Shown: positions 1 through 8,801 of the stretch, piece after piece
How the letters are laid out: every line of letters starts with the position of its first letter
Numbering within the stretch: the first letter of the stretch is position 1
Made by a program: the position numbers and the translations under genes
DNA from: Acidimicrobiales bacterium
GTDB taxonomy: Bacteria > Actinomycetota > Acidimicrobiia > Acidimicrobiales > CADCSY01
DNA length: 64,000 bases
Reading direction: 5' to 3'
Assembly (NCBI GenBank): GCA_035942035.1
Contig: DASZDK010000063.1
Span: 3,823 to 67,822 of the forward strand
Notes under the pieces: generated by a model
Told to the model about the DNA's origin: nothing
Database searches by the model: none
The model's input: the letters and a program-made list of their open reading frames with translations, nothing else

Positions 1-1
1 C

Positions 2-1684
2 CGGATCCAGGACGCGGAGATCCTGGAGACGGACAACCGCATCGTCGGCCGCTACGACGGTGGCCGCTACTGGGTGGCGTACTCCGGGGCCAACGAGACG
101 ATCTTCGCCCGCCTCACGAGCGCTCTGGAGGACGCCGGCGTGCCGTTCTCCGTCACCCAGCAGCCCCTGAAGAACCTGGTGGTTCCCGTCACGCTGCTCC
201 TACCCGCCCTCATCATCGTCGACGGCCTGTTCATCCTGTTTCTTCTCTTCGGGAGGGGCGGCGACGGCTTCACCGCCTTCGGCCGCTCCAGAGCCCGGCG
301 ACTCCAGTCCGGCGACTCCAAGATCACCTTCGGCGACGTGGCCGGTCTCGACGAGGCCATCGAGGAGCTCGTCGAGGTGCGTGACTACCTGGGCAACGCA
401 GACAAGTTCCTGGCCATGGGGGCGTCGGTGCCGAAGGGAATCCTGCTGACCGGTCCGCCGGGCTGCGGCAAGACCCTGCTGGCCCGAGGCTTGGCTGGGG
501 AGTCCAACGTGCCGTTCTTCTCCATCTCGGGCTCCGACTTCGTGGAGATCTTCGTCGGGGTGGGCCCGGCCCGCATCCGCGACTTCTTCAAGGTGGCGAC
601 GGAGGCGGCACCGTGCATCGTGTTCATCGACGAGCTCGATGCCGTGGGCCGGGGTCGGGGCACGCACTCCCTCGGGGGTACTGACGAGCGTGAGGCCACC
701 CTGAACCAGCTCCTGGTGGAGATGGACGGCTTCGAGTCGGGGATGGGCGTGGTGGTGCTGGCCGCCACCAACCGCCCGGACATCCTCGATCCGGCACTGC
801 TGCGGCCGGGACGTTTCGACCGCCGGGTCAGCATCGACCGACCCGACCTCCGTGGCCGTGAAGGCATCCTCGCGATCCACGTTCGGGGCAAGCCCCTGGG
901 TGACGACGTCGACATGGGACAGGTGGCCCGGCGCACTGTGGGCTTCTCCGGCGCCGATCTGGCCAACGTGGTGAACGAGGCAGCGCTGCTCGCCGCCCGC
1001 CGTGGGGCCTCGGTGATCGAGATGCGCTACTTCCTGGAAGCCATCGAGCGCCTGATGGCCGGGCCCGAGCGGCGGTCCCGGATCCTGTCGCCCCAGGATC
1101 GCCACCGCATCGCCTACCACGAGGCCGGACACGCCCTCGTGTCCACGGCCCTGCCGGGGACCGATCCCGTGGGGAAGCTCTCGATCGTGGCACGTGGCCA
1201 CGCCGGCGGGTTCACCTGGTGGATCCCTGAAGGCGACCAGGTGTCGGTGACCCGCTCCCAGCTGCTCGACCGCATCGCGTCCATGCTCGGTGGCCGAGCC
1301 GCCGAGGAGATCGCCACCGGGGACCTCTCCAGTGGGGCGATGAGCGACTTGGATGCTGCCGTGTCCCTGGCCCGGCGCATGGTGACCGATTTCGGGATGA
1401 GCACTCGTCTGGGTCCGTTCTCGGTGCGTCCCCTGGTGACCGGGGCGCTCAAGGAGGGCCTCGTGGGGAGCGGGTACTCAGAGCGCGTCGCCTCGGAGAT
1501 CGACGCCGAGGTCCAAGAGGTGCTGGCCGAGGCCGAGGCCCGGGCCAAGGACATCCTCGTGGCCAACCAGGGAGTGCTCGACGCCATCGCCGACGCGCTG
1601 ATGGAGGCGGAGACGCTCGAGGGGGATCGGCTCGACGCCCTCCTGCTCGGCGTGACCAGGGTGAGCCCGGCGTCGGTGGCCTGA
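2..1684 (+). CDS. ftsH: ATP-dependent zinc metalloprotease FtsH (5-prime partial; frame is open from the window edge)
   Basis: Walker A GPPGCGKT, Walker B IVFIDELD, zinc motif HEAGHA. A TM helix precedes the AAA module. No start codon is needed in the window because the frame is open from nt 2. Confidence 0.95.
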   Translation, partial: RIQDAEILETDNRIVGRYDGGRYWVAYSGANETIFARLTSALEDAGVPFSVTQQPLKNLVVPVTLLLPALIIVDGLFILFLLFGRGGDGFTAFGRSRARRLQSGDSKITFGDVAGLDEAIEELVEVRDYLGNADKFLAMGASVPKGILLTGPPGCGKTLLARGLAGESNVPFFSISGSDFVEIFVGVGPARIRDFFKVATEAAPCIVFIDELDAVGRGRGTHSLGGTDEREATLNQLLVEMDGFESGMGVVVLAATNRPDILDPALLRPGRFDRRVSIDRPDLRGREGILAIHVRGKPLGDDVDMGQVARRTVGFSGADLANVVNEAALLAARRGASVIEMRYFLEAIERLMAGPERRSRILSPQDRHRIAYHEAGHALVSTALPGTDPVGKLSIVARGHAGGFTWWIPEGDQVSVTRSQLLDRIASMLGGRAAEEIATGDLSSGAMSDLDAAVSLARRMVTDFGMSTRLGPFSVRPLVTGALKEGLVGSGYSERVASEIDAEVQEVLAEAEARAKDILVANQGVLDAIADALMEAETLEGDRLDALLLGVTRVSPASVA

Positions 1685-2937
1685 TGGCGACTCCCGGGAC
1701 AGCCACCGAGACCTGCCGGCGCCACCGCCGGCGGGAGTCGTTGGCAGCCTGCACGAACTGTTCGGCACCGATGTGCAGCGACTGCATCGTCCAGACCCGG
1801 GTGGGCTTCAAGTGCCCGACGTGCAGCGGTGGGGCGCCGGCCCGTGGGCGAGGAGGTGGGCGCCGGCTCGTGGTGGCCACCGCGGCGATGGCCGTGATGG
1901 GGGCAGGACTCCTCCTGTCTCGTGTCGTGGGCGGAGGCGACTCGACGGCTCCGGCCGGCGACCCGTCACCGGCAGCGTCCGCCACGTCTGTGGAGCGCCC
2001 GGTGCAGTTCGAGGGCGCCGAGGGGCTGAGCTTGGGGGCGACGCTGGGATTGCCGCCAGGCGCGGGGATCGGGGGCGACCGGCCCGGCGTGGTCATCCTG
2101 CCCGGGTTCGGGCCCACGGATCGCAACGGGCTCTATCCCCCGGGGAGGCCCGCCGATCCGCTGTACCGGGATCTCAGCGCGGCGTTGCTTGACGAAGGCA
2201 TGGTGACCTTCCGCTACGACAAACGGGGGACCGGCCAGAGCGCCCTGCCCCCCGGGGAGCCGTTGCGCCTCGACGACATGGTGGCCGACGCCGGCTCCGC
2301 CGTGGACTTCCTCGCCGATCGCGCCGAGGTGGATCCGGAGCGCATCGCCGTGGTCGGCCACGAGGAGGGCGGCTTGGTGGCGCTGCGGCTGGCAGCGTCG
2401 GACCCGCGGATCGCCGGGCTCGTCCTGGTCTCGGTGCCGGGCCGACCGCTGGTCGAGGTCGTGGCCGAGGACTTCCGCAACTCCGGGCACGGTGAGGACG
2501 TCCAGCGGCTGGATTCGGTGGTGGCGGCTCTGCTGGCCGGCGAGCAGCTACCGGGGCCGGAGGGGCTGCCACCTTCGCTGCGCAACTTCTTCCCCCTCGA
2601 GCAGCAGGAGTACCTCCGGGACATCTTCTCGGTGGACCCGGTGGCGGTGGCCGGTGACGTCGACGTCCCCGCGCTCGTGGTTCGTGGCGAGCAGGCCACC
2701 GGCATCTCCGCCGCCGACGCCGACGCGCTCGTCGCTGCCCTCGGCGACGGAGCCGAGGCGGTGGCCGTGCCCGACGCCGGCCACACCCTGTTGCGGATGC
2801 CCGCGGCCGACGTCGGCGGCGGAGAGCCGGCGGGGCACGCCAGCGACGGACACGGAGGGCCCGCTGCTGCTTTCGGCCAGCGCCACGAGGAGGCGCTGAC
2901 TCGCATCCGGGAGTTCCTCGGCTCCGTCCTGGGCTGA
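1684..2937 (+). CDS. Membrane protein: N-terminal Cys-rich zinc ribbon (B-box-like), one TM helix, alpha/beta-hydrolase-fold domain with a degenerate nucleophile elbow
   Basis: ATGA overlap with the ftsH stop. The ribbon reads CRRH..CTNC..CSDC..CPTC and the TM helix reads VVATAAMAVMGAGLLL. The hydrolase-like core has GHEEGG where GHSxGG is expected, and keeps DAGHTLL near the C-terminus. Confidence 0.8.
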   Translation: MATPGTATETCRRHRRRESLAACTNCSAPMCSDCIVQTRVGFKCPTCSGGAPARGRGGGRRLVVATAAMAVMGAGLLLSRVVGGGDSTAPAGDPSPAASATSVERPVQFEGAEGLSLGATLGLPPGAGIGGDRPGVVILPGFGPTDRNGLYPPGRPADPLYRDLSAALLDEGMVTFRYDKRGTGQSALPPGEPLRLDDMVADAGSAVDFLADRAEVDPERIAVVGHEEGGLVALRLAASDPRIAGLVLVSVPGRPLVEVVAEDFRNSGHGEDVQRLDSVVAALLAGEQLPGPEGLPPSLRNFFPLEQQEYLRDIFSVDPVAVAGDVDVPALVVRGEQATGISAADADALVAALGDGAEAVAVPDAGHTLLRMPAADVGGGEPAGHASDGHGGPAAAFGQRHEEALTRIREFLGSVLG

Positions 2938-3141
2938 TGGCGGCGTCTCCTTCCCTCGGGGACGGGCCGTGCGTCTCCTGCCGGAAGGCAGTGCGCAGCC
3001 GTGGTGAGGAGGGCGGCGATCCGACGGGGGCGGCACAGGTAGCAACGGCAAAGTCCCTGCTCACGGCGCATTATTACAGTGCAGCCGTACTAGAATTGGC
3101 CGACAGTTAGCTGTGTGCGGCATGTAGTGAGTAGGACCCTA

Positions 3142-3171
3142 TTGCAAGTCGACCCGCGGGACGGGCATACT
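3142..3171 (+). promoter_or_regulatory. Candidate sigma-70-type promoter (TTGCAA, 18-nt spacer, CATACT)
   Basis: Lies in the A/T-richer intergenic region about 70 nt upstream of the 3239 start. Called by eye only. Confidence 0.25.
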
Positions 3172-3238
3172 GGTGGAAGCAGAAGATAGGTGGCCGTCAC
3201 GCGGTGTGGTCGCCATGCCCACAGAAAAGGAGCTCCAC

Positions 3239-3832
3239 ATGAGCCTCACGAAGAAGGGCCCGGCGTTCTTCGCCACGGCCATCGTGGCGATGGCGTTTAC
3301 GGCCGTTGCTGCCATGGCGTGCACGAACCTCGCCACCCTCAACCTCAGCTCGGCCAGTGGCTCGGTAGGCGACACGGTCACATTGACCGGGTCGTCCTTC
3401 TCGGTGCCTCGCAAGGCCGGCGACCCAATGGTTCCGGTCGCCTTGCACTGGAACGGTGTCGATGGTGCGGTCCTGGCCGAAGCGACGCCCGACAGCGCCG
3501 GCAACATCAGCGCCAGCTTCACCGTGCCTGATGGTTCGGCCGGCTACTACGTCATCGTGGCGACCCAGAAGAACGCCGAGGGCGTTGACCAGTACGGCAC
3601 GCCTGCCCGGGCCTCGTACCAGATCCTGGGCCCGAACGGTGAGTCCGTGGTCCAGCCCGCTGGCAGCGAGACGCCTGCGGTTGCGACTGAACCCAGCTCA
3701 ACTGGCATGATCGCCCTGACCGTGGGTCTCGGTGTGCTCGGCCTCGCCCTCTTCGCCGCCGGCTTCACCGCCTTCGTGCGCCAGGGTCGTGGACGTTCGG
3801 TGCCGGTGCCGTCCAAGGCTCGCAACGAGTAG
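3239..3832 (+). CDS. Secreted, membrane-anchored Ig-like (IPT/TIG-like) domain protein
   Basis: AAAGGAG Shine-Dalgarno 7 nt before ATG 3239. Signal-peptide-like N-terminus, GDTVTLTGSSF beta-sandwich-like core, and a C-terminal TM helix followed by RQGRGR. Confidence 0.7.
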   Translation: MSLTKKGPAFFATAIVAMAFTAVAAMACTNLATLNLSSASGSVGDTVTLTGSSFSVPRKAGDPMVPVALHWNGVDGAVLAEATPDSAGNISASFTVPDGSAGYYVIVATQKNAEGVDQYGTPARASYQILGPNGESVVQPAGSETPAVATEPSSTGMIALTVGLGVLGLALFAAGFTAFVRQGRGRSVPVPSKARNE

Positions 3833-3864
3833 TTAGTTCCAGCGCCTGCAACTGGCGCAGATCA

Positions 3865-3893
3865 GCGGAGCGCCCGGTCACCGGGCGCTCCGC
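3865..3893. terminator. Perfect 13-bp GC hairpin between convergent genes
   Basis: GCGGAGCGCCCGG-TCA-CCGGGCGCTCCGC. There is no U-tract, which is common in high-GC actinobacteria. Confidence 0.5.
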
Positions 3894-4048
3894 TCGCGCG
3901 CGGCACCCAACGACGGCAAGGACTCCGGGTGCCGGGACGACGATGCCCCCGGCGGCCACGGACCTGTCCACCAGCCTCACCGAGGCTGCGTCCCGCCTTG
4001 GCGGCTGTTCCGTTCTGCCTCCCGTTCGCAACGGCCGTGGGCGGTGGA

Positions 4049-4450
4049 CTACGAGCGGTAGGTGAGCGCCCAGACGACGCCGAGGACGAGGACTGCCAGC
4101 CCGGGGGCGCTGTGGTACACCGTGGCGCCCCATGGCGCCTGCTGGCGCGTGGCCTGAAGCACCAGCGGCAGATGCGTGGCGACCATCCAGAAGCCGGCCA
4201 GGACCACGGCGAGCCCAGCGGCGAACAGGAGCCGGTCGGCATCGTCCCGGCGGGTGACGAGCAGGCAGACCATGGACACGGCCAGCACCAGGATCCCCGG
4301 AACCACGTGGTCGGCGAACTCGACCCGTGCGGCGGTGTTCAGCGCCGGCCCCGTGTAGGGCGGCAGGAGTGCCCAGGCGCCGACCAGGAGGCCCGCTCCG
4401 GCGAGCATGGGAGCCGCTGCGGTGGCTACCCCCTCCCGCGCACCGCTCAC
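4049..4450 (-). CDS. Small polytopic membrane protein (about 4 TM helices); start uncertain (GTG 4450, ATG 4408 or ORF start 4540)
   Basis: Hydrophobic helices throughout. Lies directly downstream of the BNR paralog on the same strand. Confidence 0.55.
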   Translation of the reverse strand: MSGAREGVATAAAPMLAGAGLLVGAWALLPPYTGPALNTAARVEFADHVVPGILVLAVSMVCLLVTRRDDADRLLFAAGLAVVLAGFWMVATHLPLVLQATRQQAPWGATVYHSAPGLAVLVLGVVWALTYRS

Positions 4451-4493
4451 CGTTGCGTCGACCCGGATCGGCCCTTGCCGGCGGCCGCCACGC

Positions 4494-6071
4494 TCATCCT
4501 TGCTGCCTCCCGTCCGAGCCGGTGGATCGTGTCCCGACAAACCATGCCACGAGCCCCGCCACGACGGCCACGCCGACGATCAGCGCCCACAGTGGCGAGA
4601 CCGAGGAGCCCAAGCCGTGCACGGTCGTGGCGAACACGTCCTGGCGGCCACTGTCCCGGTCGCCGAGCCGGGTGTCGGTCCACGCGGCGACGGCACCGCC
4701 GTCGCCGCTGACCAGTCCCACACGAGTGCCGAAGTCGGTGCCGTAGAGCTCACCGAAGCTGGGGCCGACCTCGGAGCTGAAGGCCGCCGACGAGGCCGGC
4801 ACGTTGGTGAACGAGGCGCCAGCGTCGGTGGAGGTGGCGAGGTAGGCCTCGGTCATCACGTTGGCCGGGTCGTCACGCCGGTCGTAGAACAGCACGTCGA
4901 CCCGACCATCCGGAGCCACCGCCACCTGGGGCAGGTACTGGTCGGTCTGGTCCTCCACCGGGTTGTCGTTGACCCGTATGGCCTCGGTCCACGAGTCGCC
5001 CCCGTCGTCCGAACGGCGGACGAAGACGTCCTCGTCCCCGTTGCGCCCGTCGTGCCAGGCGGCGTACAGCACCCCGTCGGGACCGGTGGCCAGTGAGGGG
5101 GACTCGGGGAGGAAGACGAGGAAGCGCTCGGTGGGCACGATGCCGGCTTCCAGCTCGACGCCGGGCGAGAACGACGACCCGCCATCCTCGGAGCGGGTCA
5201 GCACCAAGGAGAAGAACCCGGAATGGGCGGGGCCCTCGAGGTTCTCGAAGTCCCGCCGGTCGTCCTTGAAGTCCTCGTAGAGCACGACGAGATCGCCACC
5301 CGAGTCCACGACCGGGCTGGGCGCGCCTACCCGTTCCCGCGCCGGGTCGCTGACGCGGACCGGGCCGGAGAAGGTCCCTCCCCCGTCCTGCGAGTACGAA
5401 GCGACGATGGCAGCCGACCCCACCAGGCGGTTGAGGCCGACGTTCGCGGCCTGGAGCCACACCACGTGCACGGTCCCGTCGGGGGCGACGGCGAGCCGGG
5501 CCTGGAACGTGAGCTCGCCCGCCACCTCGACCGGGGACTCGATGCTCCGCCCTCCGTCCTGCGACCGGGCCAGCCACAAGGTGGCTGGCGTGTTCCCGCG
5601 GCCCTCCAGGTGGACGTAGAGCACGTAGAGGGTGCCGTCGGGACCAAAGGCGACGTCCGGGGCGTAGGGGCATGGTGTCCGCTCGGGCGAGGCTGCGCAG
5701 GCGGGCGTGTCCGGCGGAAGGGGCAGTTTGGTGGCCTGCCAGCTGGCCCCGCCGTCCTCGCTCCACTCCAGGAGTGCGTCGAAGCCCGGGCGGTCGATGC
5801 GGTGAGCGACGACGAGGTGATCGGGCCGGGCCGGGTGGCGCACCACCGTGGGGGAGTTGTTGACGGTGATGATGCCGGGCGGGTTCACGAGGACGTCGCC
5901 AGCGTCTTGTGGGCCCGTGGTATTCGTCAACAGCACCACGGCCACGCCTACAGCGACCGCCAGTCCCACGACGGCGGCGACCAGGGCCACAAGCGAGCGG
6001 GTCACGTCTGCCTCATGCTCCTGGACTCCCTCGGTGCGGCGCGGCGATGCGGCGTCATTGGCAGGGCGCAC
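4494..6071 (-). CDS. BNR/Asp-box repeat beta-propeller protein with N- and C-terminal TM anchors (paralog 1)
   Basis: Six Asp-box motifs: SEDGGASW, SQDGGRS, SQDGGGTF, SEDGGSSF, SDDGGDSW, STDAGASF. TM helices at both ends. Collinear with 8692..10278. Confidence 0.85.
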   Translation of the reverse strand: MRPANDAASPRRTEGVQEHEADVTRSLVALVAAVVGLAVAVGVAVVLLTNTTGPQDAGDVLVNPPGIITVNNSPTVVRHPARPDHLVVAHRIDRPGFDALLEWSEDGGASWQATKLPLPPDTPACAASPERTPCPYAPDVAFGPDGTLYVLYVHLEGRGNTPATLWLARSQDGGRSIESPVEVAGELTFQARLAVAPDGTVHVVWLQAANVGLNRLVGSAAIVASYSQDGGGTFSGPVRVSDPARERVGAPSPVVDSGGDLVVLYEDFKDDRRDFENLEGPAHSGFFSLVLTRSEDGGSSFSPGVELEAGIVPTERFLVFLPESPSLATGPDGVLYAAWHDGRNGDEDVFVRRSDDGGDSWTEAIRVNDNPVEDQTDQYLPQVAVAPDGRVDVLFYDRRDDPANVMTEAYLATSTDAGASFTNVPASSAAFSSEVGPSFGELYGTDFGTRVGLVSGDGGAVAAWTDTRLGDRDSGRQDVFATTVHGLGSSVSPLWALIVGVAVVAGLVAWFVGTRSTGSDGRQQG

Positions 6072-6176
6072 TTATGATGCCAGGTACCAGCGCTGACCGG
6101 TGCCGCTCGACACCGGTCGCTGCGCCGGCTCCCGTCGTGCTGCTCGATTGAAGGGTGGTCCACCATCTCCTCGGAG

Positions 6177-7217
6177 TTGCAGGCCCGGGACCGGGCGGTC
6201 ACCGAGACGATGGCCCGCCAGCTCGACGTCGTAGAGGCGCTGGCGGCAACCGCACGGAGTGCCGCCGATGCGGGGACGAGGTGCTTGCGCTGGCTGGCCG
6301 TGGAGCGCCAGGCCACCACCTACCTGCGTCACCTCGCCTCCTGGGCCCAGACGCGGGTCCTCCGGGACCGGCTGTCCACCATTGCCGGCCACAGGACCGC
6401 CCTGGAGGCCCACGGGACGCGAGCGGGTGTGGAGCTCGAGGCGTTCGACGAGGAGGTCCGGCGCCGGGCCGTGGCCGACCTCGGGGTGCGGGTGGCGATC
6501 ATGGGAAAGGGGGGAGCGGGAAAGACGATGATCTGCGCCACGCTTGCCCGCCAGCTCGCCCGGCGGGGGCGGAAGGTGCTCGCCGTCGATCTCGACACCA
6601 ACCCTGGTCTGTCGATGAGCCTGGGGGTCGGGCCCAGTGCGCCGGGTCTCGGTCCAGAAGCGCTGGAGGAACATGCCGGCGCCAGCTACGGATGGCGCCT
6701 GGCGGAAGGGCTCACCGCCCTCGAAGCCGTGGAACGCCATTCCACGGTCGGCCCCGACGGTGTGCGCTTCCTGGCGGTGGGCAAGATCTGCTCAGTCGAC
6801 AAGACGGAGGCCAAGCGCTCGGTCCCGGCCATGACCGAGGTCCTTCTCGGCTTCGGTGCCCCTGACGTCGACGTGGTCGTCGATCTGGAGGCCGGACTCA
6901 CGACGCCCTTCGAGCGCTACCACTCCTTCGCCGACACCGTGGTGGTGGTGGTCGGCCCCGCTTGGAAGTCGGCGCTGACGGCCAGGCGGCTCCTGCCGAT
7001 GGTCGGCGAGCGGGACACCATCGTGGTGGCCAACCGGGTTGGGGACGAGCCGCACCACCCGGGTCTCGCACCGAGGGTGCGGGTCCCGTTCGACCCCTGC
7101 GTGGTCCACGCCGAACGGGAGGGGCGAGCGCCGATGGATGCCTGTCCGACCTCACCAGCGACGCGCGCGGTCGACACGCTCGGTGACGTTCTTCTGACCA
7201 AGGAGGAAACAGCATGA
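6177..7217 (+). CDS. CooC/MinD-family P-loop ATPase with an approximately 100-aa helical N-terminal extension (paralog 1)
   Basis: Deviant Walker A GKGGAGKT at residue ~110, and DLEAGL Walker-B-like motif. The extension keeps high GC3 in frame. Start is TTG 6177 or ATG 6210. No CXC motif. Confidence 0.8.
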   Translation: MQARDRAVTETMARQLDVVEALAATARSAADAGTRCLRWLAVERQATTYLRHLASWAQTRVLRDRLSTIAGHRTALEAHGTRAGVELEAFDEEVRRRAVADLGVRVAIMGKGGAGKTMICATLARQLARRGRKVLAVDLDTNPGLSMSLGVGPSAPGLGPEALEEHAGASYGWRLAEGLTALEAVERHSTVGPDGVRFLAVGKICSVDKTEAKRSVPAMTEVLLGFGAPDVDVVVDLEAGLTTPFERYHSFADTVVVVVGPAWKSALTARRLLPMVGERDTIVVANRVGDEPHHPGLAPRVRVPFDPCVVHAEREGRAPMDACPTSPATRAVDTLGDVLLTKEETA

Positions 7218-7963
7218 AGGTGGCGGTAGCAGGCAAGGGTGGGTCGGGCAAGAGCACGGTCAGCGGTGCGTTGGCCCGCTTCCTGGCGCGCCGAGGTCAC
7301 GAGGTGATCGCCATCGACGCCGATCCCAACCCCAACCTCGGGATCTCGCTGGGTCTGCCTCCAGGCTCGGTCGAGACCATGCGGCCCATCCTCAACGCCC
7401 TTCTCGACAGCGGTCACACTCACGACGACCCCACGCCGCCGGCCGACGAGCTGTTGTCACGGTACGGCGTCGAGGCGCCCGACGGCGTGACCTTGGTGGC
7501 CACCGGCAAGATCGAACGCCCGTCGAGCGCCTGCTTGTGCTGCGGCTCGCACAACACCACCCGGCAGTTCTTCGGAGAGCTTCCCGCCGACGACCGCGTC
7601 GTGGTGGCTGACCTCGAAGCCGGGCTCAACGACCTCATCTGGGCCCACCCCGGGCCCCAGGACGTCGTGCTCGCCGTGACCGAGGGCAGCGCCAAGTCGG
7701 TCGAGGTGGCCCGCCGTGCGTGCCGGCTCGCCGAAGAGCTCGGCGTCAGTCGCATCATCGCCGTCGCCAACCGGATGCTGAGCGAGGCGGACGTGGAGGT
7801 GGTTGCCGGGGCGCTCGGCGTCGAGGAGGTGGTGGGCGTTCCCGAGGATCCGGCCGTGGAGCACGCCGACAACCTGGGACTGGCGCCCATCGACGTGGAC
7901 CCGGGCTCGCCGGCGTTGGCGGCGCTCGACCAGCTGGCGCAGCGGCTCGTCGCCGCGACGTAG
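7214..7963 (+). CDS. CooC-type nickel-insertion-like P-loop ATPase (paralog 2)
   Basis: ATGA overlap with the upstream gene. MKVAVAGKGGSGKST at the N-terminus, Cys motif ACLCCGSH (CXC), and DLEAGLNDL. Confidence 0.85.
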   Translation: MKVAVAGKGGSGKSTVSGALARFLARRGHEVIAIDADPNPNLGISLGLPPGSVETMRPILNALLDSGHTHDDPTPPADELLSRYGVEAPDGVTLVATGKIERPSSACLCCGSHNTTRQFFGELPADDRVVVADLEAGLNDLIWAHPGPQDVVLAVTEGSAKSVEVARRACRLAEELGVSRIIAVANRMLSEADVEVVAGALGVEEVVGVPEDPAVEHADNLGLAPIDVDPGSPALAALDQLAQRLVAAT

Positions 7964-8012
7964 CCTCAGCCGACCCGGGAGCCCGGCCACGCCGGGATAC
8001 CGGGCGTGAGCA

Positions 8013-8801
8013 TCACTCGAAGGGAGTGCATCGAGGTCGACTCCGAGCGTCGGCACGTGAGATGACAGCGGCCAGCGCTTCGATCCCCTCGACCGCCGAT
8101 GCGGAAGGCTGCATGTCCAGCAGGCAGTGACCGGCTCGATCTGCTCGGATGATCGCCTCGTCCTCGGGGATCACCCCGAGCAAATCCACGCCGTGGTCCC
8201 CGGCGAAGGCTTCCAGGTGGTGCCGGTCGTCGTCGCCCGCTCGGTTGCCCACCAAACCGATCTCCGGGATGCCGAGTTGTCGCCCGAGGGCGATGGTTCG
8301 CGAGGCTGTGAGGAGCGACTTCACTTGAGGATTGGCCACCACGAGCAACAGATCAGCATGGCGAAGGGTGCCGCCGGCCCACGACAGGTGCTCGAGTCCC
8401 GCCTCCATGTCTGCGAGGACGATCGTCTCGGGGAGCACGGTCTCGATGTCCTGCAGGACGTCACGTACCGTGACGTGGGATACCCCCGTTCAACCGCTTC
8501 CGGCCTTCTCGACTCGGGCCCCGAGCACGAAGGTGACGCCGTCGGGTCCGGCCAGCCCGTACTCGGACAGAAGCTCCAGTGGTCGGAGCGATGGGACCTG
8601 CCGGTGGCCACCCGACTGGTCGAGCAAGGGTCGCATCGCAGACACCTGCTCTTCGGCGACCCCACTGTTGGCGGCGAGGTTGGGATCAGAGTCACAGTCG
8701 ACGGCGACGACGTGGTGGCCGGCGCGGGCGAGGAGCCGGCACAACACCGCCGCGATGCTGGTCTTGCCCGCGCCGCCCTTGCCGGAGATGCCTATGCGCA
8801 T
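8013..8801 (-). CDS. CooC-type P-loop ATPase (paralog 3) interrupted by one in-frame TGA at 8492..8490; selenocysteine candidate or fresh pseudogene
   Basis: ORFs 8490..8801 and 8013..8438 share one frame. MRIGISGKGGAGKTS at the N-terminus and ADMEAGLEHL after the TGA. The TGA aligns with the first Cys of the paralog's CXC motif. Confidence 0.75.
8458..8476 (-). promoter_or_regulatory. SECIS-like hairpin 13 nt downstream of the in-frame UGA
   Basis: mRNA reads ACGUCACG-GUA-CGUGACGU: a perfect 8-bp stem with a G/U-containing apical loop about 22 nt from the UGA. Confidence 0.35.

Noticed and set aside
200-1201. Long antisense ORFs opposite ftsH, with similar ones opposite most genes (for example 8127..9119, 19216..20748, 22288..23418, 58524..59762)
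   Set aside because: Their composition is Arg/Gly/Pro/Ala-dominated with no motifs, and each lies opposite a gene with clear family signatures. These are shadow ORFs caused by stop-codon scarcity.
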